NCBI RefSeq assembly: GCF_963921235.1
Contig: NC_086097.1
Coordinates: forward strand, 19,718,001 to 19,782,000
DNA length: 64,000 nucleotides
Direction of reading: 5' to 3'
Origin: Mobula hypostoma
Lineage: Eukaryota
The position numbers and the translations under genes are program-made. Under the pieces are notes generated by a model that saw only the letters and a list, made by a program, of their open reading frames with translations, was not told the DNA's origin and searched no databases. This document shows, in pieces, positions 11,901-23,900 of the stretch. Position 1 is the stretch's first letter, and each line of letters starts with the position of its first letter.

Positions 11901-14900
11901 GAGAGGAGCTACAGGGGCGCGGGCACGCGGGAGACGAGTTACAGGGGTACGGGCACTAAGCAGAGAAGCTACAGGAGTACGGGCACACAGGAGAGGAGCT
12001 ACAGGGGTACGGGCACACAGGAGAGGAGCTACAGGGGTACGGGCATGCGGCAGAGGAGTTATGGGGCATGGGCACGCGGGAGAGGAGTTACGGGGCACGG
12101 GCACGCGGGAGATGAGTTACAGGGGTACGGGCACTAAGCAGAGGAGCTACAGGGGTACGGGCACACGGGAGAGGAGCTACAGGGGCGCGAGCACGCGGGA
12201 GAGGAGCTACAGGGGCACGGGCACACGGGAGAGGAGCTACAGGGGCGCGGGCACGCGGGAGAGGAGCTACAGGGGCACAGGCATGCGGGAGACGAGCTAC
12301 GGGGCACAGGCACGCGGGAGACGAGTTACAGGGGTACGGGCACTAAGCAGAGGAGCTACAGGGGTACGGGCACACGGGAGAGGAGCTACAGGGGCGCGAG
12401 CACGCGGGAGAGGAGCTACAGGGGCACGGGCACACGGGAGAGGAGCTACAGGGGCGCGGGCACGCGGGAGAGGAGCTACAGGGGCACAGGCATGCGGGAG
12501 ACGAGCTACGGGGCACAGGCACGCGGGAGACGAGTTACAGGGGTACGGGCACTAAGCAGAGGAGCTACAGGGGTACGGGCACTAAGCAGAGGAGCTACAG
12601 GGGTACGGGCACACAGGAGAGGAGCTACAGGGGTACAGGCACACGGGAGAGGAGCTACAGGGGTACGGGCACATGGGAGAGGAGCTACAGGGGTACGGGC
12701 ACACAGGAGAGGAGCTACAGGGGTACAGGCACACGGGAGAGGAGCTACAGGGGTACGGGCACACGGGAGAGGAGTTACGGGGCACGGGCACGCGGGAGAC
12801 GAGTTACAGGGGTACGGGCACTAAGCAGAGGAGCTACAGGGGTACGGGCACACAGGAGAGGAGCTACAGGGGTACGGGCACATGGGAGAGGAGCTACAGG
12901 GGTACGGGCATGCGGCAGAGGAGTTACGGGGCACGGGCACGCGGGAGACGAGTTACAGGGGTACGGGCATTAAGCAGAGGAGCTACAGGGGTACGGGCAT
13001 ACGGGAGAGGAGCTACAGGGGTACAGGCACACGGCAGAGGAGCTACAGGGGTACGGGCACACGGCAGAGGAGCTACAGGGGTACGGGCACGCGGCAGAGG
13101 AGCTACAGGGGTACGGGCACATGGGAGAGGAGCTACAGTGGTACGGGCACACGGGAGAGGAGTTACGAGGCACGGGCACACGGGAGACGAGTTACAGGGG
13201 TACGGGCACTAAGCAGAGGAGCTACAGGGGTACGGGCACGCGGGAGAGGAGCTACAGGGGTACGGGCACACGGGAGAGGAGCTACAGGGGTACGGGCACG
13301 CGGCAGACGAGTTACGGGATACGGACACGCGGCAGAGGAGTTACGGGATACGGACACGCGGCAGAGGAGTTACGGGGATACGGACACGTGGCAGAGGAGC
13401 TACAGGGATACGGACACGCGGCAGAGGAGTTACGGGATACGGACACGCGGCAGAGGAGCTACAGAGGTGCGGGCACACGGCAGAGGAGCTACAGGGGTAC
13501 GGGCACATGGGAGAGGAGCTACAGGGGTACGGGCACGCGGGAGAGGAGTTACGAGGCACGGGCACACGGGAGACGAGTTACAGGGGTACGGGCACTAAGC
13601 AGAGGAGCTACAGGGGTACGGGCACGCGGGAGAGGAGCTACAGGGGTACGGGCACACGGCAGAGGAGCTACAGGGGTACGGGCACACGGCAGACGAGTTA
13701 CGGGATACGGACACGCGGCAGAGGAGTTACGGGATACGGACACGCGGCAGAGGAGTTACGGGGATACGGACACGTGGCAGAGGAGTTACGGGGATACGGA
13801 CACGTGGCAGAGGAGCTACAGGGATACGGACACGCGGCAGAGGAGTTACGGGATACGGACACGCGGCAGAGGAGTTACGGGATACGGACACGCGGCAGAG
13901 GAGCTACAGAGGTGCGGGCACACGGCAGAGGAGCTACAGGGGTACGGACACACGGCAGAGGAGCTACAGGGGTACGGGCACACGGCAGAGGAGCTGCAGG
14001 GGTACGGGCACAAAATGCTGGGAGAACTCAGCAAGTCAGAAAACATCTGTTTAGGGGAATAAACAACTGATGCTTCAGGTCAAGACTCTTCATTAGGGCT
14101 ACAAGGAAATAAAAGGAGCAATAGGATGCTCCAATGAGATTGCTCTGCTGAGAGCTGGCATGGACTCAACGGGCTGAATAGCCTCCTTCAGTTTTGTTAT
14201 AAATAAATAAATTAGAGCCCATCTGCCCTCTTCTGTCAGAGTCCTGGTCAACCAACATGGCCAAAAGCAGATGACAATAGCTGTCTCCGGAAGCAACAGT
14301 GATTAAACATGCAGGAAGGGTGATGTATAAATGCAAGCCCTGTACTCCAAGGGGCAGCAAACTGACCTGAGCCCAGTACTTTCAGCGAGGACCGGTCGTG
14401 TGACTTCACCCACTCGTCCCCGTACTTGAGTAGCAGACGGATTGCGGTAGGTGCCCCGTAGAACTGGTTGATCTTCATCCTTTCAACCATCTCCCAGTAA
14501 CGGCCTGAAACACAGGGCACAGATGCGAAGGGTCACTGAGCAGATGGAGCCCACAGGCAAAAGCCCACCACTGGCACCTTGCATCCCTTGATCCTGAGTC
14601 CTGCCGGACTGTTCGAGCCAGGAAGTCACAATGAACCCAAGCAAACTCACCATCAAATTCCGAGTCTGAACTCTGCGGGTTCAAGTGCAACTTTTAAGGG
14701 AAGTTTGGATAAGTACGTGGATGGGAGGGGTCTGGTCCAGGTGTGGACCAATGGCACTAGTTCAGCATTGTGTTGATTGGGCTATAAGGGCCTGTTTCGG
14801 TGTTGTAGTGCTCTTTGGCCTCCCTCTGCAACAGGATCCTTCGCTTCCTGACCAACCAACCATAATCAGTAAGGGTGGGCAACAGCACACTTATCTCCCA

Positions 14901-17900
14901 CATTGTTCACTCCTCTCCCCATAGCACTGAGGCTATGAAGACTGCCCCAGCTGCTCTGCTCTATACCCACTAATATGATGAACTGATACCGAGGCTTCGG
15001 GCCTACTCCGGGGTTCGGACCTAACGACTCATTTTGGTTCATAAATTTGTTGCTTGCTTTTACTGTTTGCATGATTTGAGTTTTTTCTCTATTTCTCTGC
15101 GCATCGGGTGTTGGTCTTTTTTTTTAATTGAGTTCTTTCAGGTTTCTTGCTTTGTGGCTGCCTGTAAGCAAACAAATCTCAAGTTGTATAATTTATACAT
15201 TATTTGGTGATAAATGTACTTTGAAACATCGTGGGTTGAAAAGCTTGTACTGTTCTGCCTGTTTTATGTTCTATGTTTCCGTTGAAGTTGGGTGAGACTA
15301 GAATTAAAGGTCATAAGTTAAGGTGAACTATTTAGGGGAACCTGAGGGGGAACTTCTTCACTCAGAGGGTGGTGAGTGTGTGCAGTGTAATTTCAGCCTG
15401 AGATGGTGGATGCAGGTTCAGTTTCAACATTTTAGAGAAATTTGGCTAAGTACATGGATGGGAGGGCTAAGGTCCACCTGCAGATTGATGGGACTAGTCA
15501 GAATAATAGTTCAGCATGGACTAGATGGGCTGAAGGGTCTGTTTCTACACAGTAGTGCTCTGACATCATGTTCTATGTAAATTAAGATCACAACACTTCC
15601 TCGCCATTCAATATAAACATGGCTGATCAATGTTGGTCTCAATTTGGACTGAGATCAGTTGGCATTCTTAAAAGTTAGAATGTTCCCGCGATGCAAGCCC
15701 TAAATCTCAGCAACACCCTCCAGTGGATTGCAATCATTCCATTATTAATCCAGTTACACGAGGACATTGAAACCAGAAAACAGAGGAAGCTGGGCTCTTA
15801 TCAGGTTATTTTCAGGATCAAGTCAACAGCTGGTAAAAAAGTCAATCATTCTGTGAATCCATGGGCACAATGTGCAAAATTCATCCTTTGTGCCTCACTG
15901 GACTCAAATCCTTCCAAAGCAGAACTAGATTATTTTTTTTTAAAAACTGTTCCGGGGCAGAGAGCAATGCAAAGATTCTAGGCAGCGGTCCCAGAGGATT
16001 TACAACATTCACTTAATCCCGCAGATGGCAATCTCTGAGCGACACCAAGTATCTGTTTGAAAAGCACTCTCTTCACATGGGCTCCAACACACGAGATGCT
16101 GGAGGAAATCAGCAGGTCAGGCAGCATCTACGGAAATGAATAACCAGTTGACGTTTCTGGCCGAGATCCTTCATTAGGGGTGAGAACCCCCATCAGAACC
16201 CATCACTACTGTTCCACCCTGGTTCCTGAGTTCTCCCATGGCATTCTGAGACCCCTGTCTGCCTCCTCATTGGATTTGAGACATAAAGGACCCTGACAGG
16301 CAATACCAAAGGAGAAGAGAGGAGGTTTCCCTGTGGGTTTTCGTATTGCAGCTCTTACAAAACTCTGGTTACACCACACTTAGGGTATTGTGTTCAGCTC
16401 TGCCCACACCATTACAAGAGGATGTGGAAGCTTTAGACAGGATGCTACCTGGACTTGATTAGATTAGATTCAACTTCATTGTCATTGTGCCGAGTACAGA
16501 TACAAAGCTAATGAAATGCAGTTGGCATCTAACCAGAAATGCAAAGAATATTGTTAGTTACAAAATAACTGCAAATAAAAAGTAAGTGCTACAGCACACA
16601 AATATAAACGTACTGAGACAGTACAATATGGGTGCAACACACACAAAAATTGCTGGTGAACGCAGCAGGCCAGGCAGCATCTCTAGGAAGAGGTGCAGTC
16701 GACGTTTCAGGTCGAGACCCTTCGTCAGGACTAACTGAAGGAAGAGCTAGTAAGAGATTTGAAAGTGGGAGGGGGAGGGGGAGATCCGAAATGATAGGAG
16801 AAGACAGGAGGGGAGGGATGGAGCCAAGAGCTGGACAGGTGATTGGCAAAAGGGATATGAGAGGATCATGGGACAGGAGGTCCGGGAAGAAAGAAAGGGG
16901 GAGGGGGGAAGCCCAGAGGATGGGCAAGGAGTATAGTGAGAGGGACAGAGGGAGAAAAAGGAGAGAGAGAAAAAAAATGAATAAAAATAATAAATAAATA
17001 AATAAATAACGGATGGGGTACGAAGGGGAGGTGGGGTATTAACAGAAGTTAGAGAAGTCAATGTTCATCCCATCAGGTTGCCTGAAACCTCGAATGTACC
17101 TCTTCCTATAGATGCTGCCTGGCCTGCTGCGTTCACCAGCAATTTTTATGTGTGTTGCTTGGAATTCCAGCATCTGCAGATTTCCTCGTATTTGCGACAA
17201 TATGGGTGCAATACTGCTTAGCGCTGTGATGTGAGGTCCAGCAGGGTCACAGCTCCCGCACCAGCAGGCACAGAAAGAGCTTCTTCCCTGAGGCTGTGAC
17301 ACTGCTGAACCTCACATCACAGCGCTAAGCAGTATTGCATCCGTATTGTACTGTCTCAGTACTTTTATATTTGTGTGCTGTAGCACTTTTTTTTATTCAC
17401 AGTTATTTTGTAAATAATACTATTCTTTGCATTTCTGGTCAGATGCTAACTGCATTTCATTGGCTTTGTATCTGTACTCGGCACAATGACAATAAAGTTG
17501 AATCTAATCTAAGCCTCAGGGAAGAAGCTCTTTCTGTGCCTGCTAGTGTGGGAGCAGAGGCTCCTATAGAGCCTACCAGATGGGAGGACAGTAAAAAGTT
17601 CATGGTTAGGGTGAGATGCATCCTTGATAATGCTTTTTGCACTGCCCAGGCAGCGTTTATAGTAGATGTTCTCAATGGTGGGCAATTGGGTGCCGATAAT
17701 CCGCTGGGCAGTTTTAACCACACGCTGGAGTGCTTTGCAGTCTGATACGGGACAATTGCCATACCACACTGAGATGCAGTTGGTGAGTATGCTCTCAATG
17801 GTACAGCGGTAAAAGTCCATCAGTATCCTGGGACAGAGGTGAGCTTTCCTGATGCTCCACAGGAAATAAAGGCACTGTTGCACCTTTTTGATCAGGATGA

Positions 17901-20900
17901 GGAGTTCAGGGACCAGGTGAGATCCTTGGAAATGTGGACACCAAGGAATTTGAAGCTTGATACATGCTCCACTACAGCTCCGTTGATGTAGATGGGGACA
18001 TGAGTGTGGCTCCTAGCATGCCTGAAGTCCACAATAATCTCCTTGGTTTTCTGGGTGTTAAGAGCCAGGCTGTTGTTGGCACATCATGCAGCCAGGTGCT
18101 GGACCTCGTCCCTGTAGACCGTCTCATCATCCCCTCTGATCAGGCCAACCACCGTGGTGTTGTCTGCGAACTTGATTATGGAGTTAGAACCATGTACAGG
18201 AACGCAGTCATAGGCGAAAAGGGAGTACAGAAGAGGGCTCAGCACACAGCCTTGAGGCACGCCGGTGTTCAGGGTGAGAGTGGAGGAGGATAGATTGTCT
18301 AACTTAACAGATTGGGGTCTGTTAGTCAGAAAGTCCAAGGTCCAATTGCAGAGGGATGAGCTGATACCAAGCTGGCGAAGTTTGGTGATCAGCTTGGAGG
18401 GGATCACAGTATTGAATGCCGAACTAAAGTCAATGAACAGCGTTCTGACGTAAGAGTTGGGGCTGTCCATGTTGGTCAGGGCAGAGTGAAGTGCCATGGA
18501 GATGGCATCCTCAGTTGACATGTTGGTGCGATAGGCAAATTGATGGGGGTCCAGGCTAGTGGGCAGACAGGATTTCAGATGTGATAGCACCAGTCTCTCA
18601 AAACACTTTGCAATGATGGGGGTGAGTGCAACTGGGCAGAAGTGGAGTCATTCAGGCCGGTGGCAGTGGAATGCTTCGGCACTGGCACGATGGTGGCGAG
18701 CTTGAAGCTTGTGGGGACAACTGCCTAGGCCAGGAACAGATTAAAAATGTCCGTGAAGACCCCGGCTAACTGCCCTGCACAGACTCTGAGCACACGGCCA
18801 GGTATTCCATCCGGACCAGCTGCCTTCCGTACATTCACCCTGCTCATGGTGGCGCAAACATCGGAGGTGGAAAGTGAGAGAGGCAGTTCACCAGGTGGGA
18901 GATCCGCTTTGAGGGTGACCTCCTTGTTCTCTCGGTCAAAGCGAGCGTAGAAGTAATTAAGCTCATCAGGGAGGGAAGCAGAGCTGGAAGGGGGCACAGT
19001 ACTAGGTGGTTTGAAGTCTGTAATGACCTGTATGCCATTAGAGAAAATATCCTAGCCAATCTTTACTATCCGACCTCAGCGAAGCTGGTCATTACCACAC
19101 CACGATCTGTGGGATCTACTATGCTCAACCAGGCCCATATTACAGTAATGATTCCTTGTTCGCAAAACACTCCAACCCACTGAGATAACAAAGAGAATGA
19201 CCTTTTCACTTTGATATCCCTCACTGCAATGTCAGCTGTCTATTCCAACAGCAATTTAGATCAGTCAACTGCTTCATTTTAGACCAGGAGTCATAAAAAG
19301 GCCAGGCCAGATAAGCAAGGCAAGGTCTTTCTCTCAGAGGGACTCATTTAGGAAATTACATGACTTCTTACTATGATCTGTCTTCACTAATTTTCATTTA
19401 ATGTCATCTTATTTAATCCATATTCTCAAAACTGACTAGAAAGTCTGAGATGACAAATTGGAATTTTAACTCGTGTTCTCAAGATTATTGAAACTATTAC
19501 AGCAGAATGAGGGAAGAAGTGGCTGGGGAATGCTGTGTTGGGGATTGGGGGAGGGAAGGGTGGGGGAAAGGAGAGAGGGAGGGGTTGGGAATGAAGGTTG
19601 GGGCTGTGGGGAAGGGAGGAGTTAGAGAATGAAGGGAGGGTCTGGGGAATGGAAGGAGGTTTAGAGAATGGATGGAGGGAGGGTTTGGGGAATGGAGGGA
19701 GGGAGGGTTTGGGGAATGGAGGGAGGCTTAGAGAATGGAGGGAGGGAGGGTTTGGGGAATGGAGGGAGGCTTAGAGAATGGAGGGAGGGAGGGTTTGGGG
19801 AATGGAGGGAGGGAGGGTTTGGGGAATGGAGGGAGGGAGGGGTTGGGGAATGGCAGGAGGGAGGGAGGATTCGGGGAATGCAGGGAGGAAGGGTTTGGGG
19901 AATGGAGTGAGGGAGGATTTGAAAAATGGAAGGAGGGGCTGGGGAAGGAAGATCACTGAGCCTGTGGACAAAAGGAACACAGCAACGAGTACAATCTTGT
20001 TGTCCTGACCTGGGTTGGGGTACACAGGGGTGCTCTCAAACAGAACAGTGGTTCCTCCATTACACAGGGGCCCATACACAGCGTAACTGTGGCCGGTTAT
20101 CCATCCAATGTCTGCGACACAGCCAAACACATCGCCATCGCGGTAATCAAACACGTACTGCAGAGAGATCAGGAGAAAGGCAAGCGCAGTATTATCTCGG
20201 AGCATCACACAGTCATGCACAGCTCTTCATTGAAAATACAACCAAACTCAGCGGTCAGCATAACGCTCTACGGCGCCAGCTATAAGATCAGGGTTCGACT
20301 TCCTCTGCAGTCAATAAGGAGTTACATGTTCTGCCGGAGACCGAGTGGGTTTCTTCCAAGTGCTCTGGTTTCCGCCCACATTTCATATCCCTACCCGTGC
20401 AGGTTAGGGATAGTGAGCTGTGGGCATGCTATGTGGCGACACTTGTACTGTACAAGTCCACAATTTATTTATTGAGATACAGTGCGGCCCGTCGAGACGC
20501 ACTGCCCAGCAATAACCCAACTTAATCTTACCCGAATTTACAATGACCAACTTACCTACCAACCGGTACGTCTTTGGATTGTTGGAGTACCCAGATGAAA
20601 CCCACGCGGATGAAACCCGCACGGTCACGGGGAGAATGTGCAAACTCCTTACAGGCAGCACTGGGAGTTGAACCCAGGTCACCTGCACTGTAAAGCATTG
20701 TGCTAACTACTACACTACCCTGCCACCCATGTGACAAATAGAGCTAATCGGTCTCACCATCACCCACCCATTTACACTAATCATACACTCGTCTAATTTT
20801 TTTTCTCTGTACAATCTCATGAACTCTGCTCTAGAATCTACCACTGATCTATAGTGGAGGGGGATTTCACCAACAGTGAACAGTTAACCTACCAAACTGC

Positions 20901-23900
20901 ATGCCCTGGGGCTGTGGGAAGAAGCTGCAGTACCAAGAAGAATCCCCTGCAGTGGGAAGTTAATCAGCCTTTTATCTAATTCAATTTCATACAGTGAGGT
21001 TTAACTGGAGTTAACCTTTATAATGGTGAATCACCTCAAGCAAGGAGCATTTCTAACAAACTCTCAGGATTCTTAATTGTTTTGTAGCAACGAGTTTCTA
21101 TGTAGCTTAGGCACAGTCACTGAGGTAATCAAACAGCCAACAAATTTTGATGTCAATTCACAACTTCAAAACCAGTTGAACAGCTTGGGTCTGCATTCCA
21201 CACCTACCCTGATGCTTGTATTGGTCAGAGTCACAAAGAAAAGGATATAACTACTAAACATAGGGCTGCTTATTTAAACTGGGGTATACGGAAGTTTCTT
21301 ATCTCAGAGACAGGTGTATTCTGGATTTCTCTGCCCCCTGAGGTTGGTGGAGGCCAAATCATTAGATGAAATTAAGGTGAAATTAGATAAATATTAGAGT
21401 TGAGGATTCGCCAAGACGTTGGAGAGGCTGGACTTGGAGTATGTGTACAATTCTGGTCACCTGCTTACAGGAAAGTATCAATAAGCTTGAAAGCCTGCAG
21501 AGAACATTTTACAAGGATGTTGCCTGGACTTGAGGAACATCTAGCCTGGGCTTAGAGATTGAATAGGTGAGGGTGTTATTCCCTGAAGCACAGGAGAAAG
21601 AGAGGAGATCTTGTGGAGGTGCACAAAATTATAAGGGATACATGTATATATAGGGTAAATGCATGCAGGCATCCCTCAGGTTAGAAAAGATTAGAACCAG
21701 ATTTAGAACCAGATGTCATAATTTGAGGAATTTCATCACTGATTGTGGAATGAGCTGCCAGTGGAATTGATACACACAAGTTCAATTGCAACTAGTTAGG
21801 AGAAGTTTGGATAGGTACATGGATGAGAGGGGTATGAAGGGCCATGATCCAGGGGCAGGTTGAATTGAATTGAATTGACTTTATTTCTTACATCCTTCAC
21901 ATACATTGAGTAAAAATCTTTAGGTTACGTCTCCGTCTGAATGTGCAATGTGTAAACTATAGTAATTTGTCATAAATAGTATGTACAGTAAGATATACAA
22001 CAGAACAGTCAATATAGCTTAGAAAGACGATTGTGGCAGTGTGAATTAATCAGTCTGATGGCCTGGTGGAAGAAGCTGTCCCGGAGCCTGTTGGTCCTGG
22101 CTTTTATGCTGCAGTACCATTTCCTGGATGGTAGCAGTTGGAACAGTTTGTGGTTGGGGTGAACCAGGTCCCCAATGATCCTTCAGGCCCTTTTTATGCA
22201 TCTGTCTCTGTAAGTGTCCTGAATCCTGGGAAGTTCACATCTACAGATGCGCTGGGCTGTCCGCACCACTCTCTGCAGAGTTCTGAGGGAAACACAGTTC
22301 CCATACCAGGCAGTGATGCAGCCAGTCAGGATGCTCTCAATTGTGCCCCTGTAGAAAGCCCTTAGGATTTGGGGACTCATGCCAAACTTCTTCAACCGTC
22401 TGAGGTGAAAGGCGCGCTGTTGTGCTTTTTACACCACACAGCAAGTATGTACAGACCAAGTGAGGTCATTAGTGATGTGTATACCGAGGAACTTAAAGCT
22501 GTTCACCCTCTCAACCCCAGACCCATTGATGTCAATAGGGGCTAGCCTGTCTCCATTCCTCCTGTAGTCCACAACCAGCTCCTTTGTTTTTGAGGGGGAC
22601 GAAGCAGAAGACCAGGCCCAGCACTGTCCAGATGGGCTGAAGGGCCTGTGTATGTGCTGTATTACTCTTTGACTCTATGAGGTTATGGAGAACTGGCACA
22701 TATGAGGAGTTGAGGCAGTTTAAGGAGTTGAATGGTGGGACAGGTTTGAAGGGCCAAGTGACGAACTCCTGCTCCTATGCTCTTAAATTCTTGCATTGTG
22801 TGTCGCAGCCCAGACACATTCCAAGTGGGCACATCACTGCAGAGTGGGTGAATGTCACAATGTCAAAGGCAAAGTCTTTCAAAACCAAAGTCCCAATATC
22901 CTGGTATAGCAATTCCAACACACAGGAGAGCAAGAGGCCACCGAAAGTAATGGACACAGTCGAGACCCTCATTAGCACAGACTTCCTACAACTGACTTTG
23001 CACATTCTCCCCAGGACCATGTGGGTTTCCTCCAGGTGCTCTGGTTCCCTCCCACATTCTAAAGATGTGCGAGCTGATTGGTTAATTTGTCACATGGGTG
23101 TAATTGGGCAGTGCAGGCTCGTTGAGTATGAAGTGCCTTTTACCATACAGTATCTCTAAATAAAAATAGTCTCTCATAACAGATCTCATGCCACTCAATT
23201 AAAGGGGAACAAGAAAGTTTTCCTCAGCAGTTCAGGCCAATATATACTCCTTAAGCGTAACAGATTTTCTGGTCATTGACACATTGTCCAAAATTTTGGC
23301 TCCTATACTTCCTGCCCGATACTAGCAGCTTGAGATAGATGGTGGGGATTCCATTCCATTCCATTCCACGTTCCCTACAAATCAAAAAATGTCACTGGCT
23401 GTGAGGCAATTTATTTCATAACCACACTCCTAAGATGTAGTTTGGGACAGTGATTTCTGGGCATACTATGTTGACACCAGCAGTGTGACAACACTTGCTC
23501 AACACATTCCTCGCTGATTTGATAACACAAAATGACACATTTCACTGTATGTTACAATGTACATACTGTATATCCATATGACATAACAGCAGAAATAGGC
23601 CACTCGGCCCAGGTCTGCTTCACCATTCAATCACAGTTGATTTATTATCCCTCTCAACCCCATTCTCCTGTCTTCTCCCCGTAACCTTTGATGCCTTGAC
23701 TAACCAAGAACCTATCATAGAGTTATAGAAAAGCTCAGCACAGAAACAGGCCCTTTGGTCCATCGAGTCCACACTAAACCATTTAAACTGCTTTGTGCTG
23801 GCAGCTCATTCCACACTCTCGCCACCCTCTGAGAGAAGACATTTCCCCTCATGTTCCCCTTAAACCATCAACCTCTGCTTTAAATATACTCAATGACTTG

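Larger units (their letters stand above)
16457..19037 (-). mobile_element. Decayed Rex1/Babar-like LINE with nested PLE and an inverted same-family 3' fragment
   Basis: ORF pieces [50 protein letters not shown] and LPSGR; (AATCT)n tail at about 16457-16470. Confidence 0.85.

Noticed and set aside
11704..14070. Long repetitive ORFs (up to 313 aa) and a superficially CRISPR-like periodic array
   Set aside because: The ORFs are by-products of a stop-poor 30-bp minisatellite that is open in several frames. There are no unique spacers and no cas genes, and the context is a vertebrate intron.
20250..20320. tRNA gene
   Set aside because: The A/B-box-like head runs directly into a multi-copy SINE core and has no complete cloverleaf.
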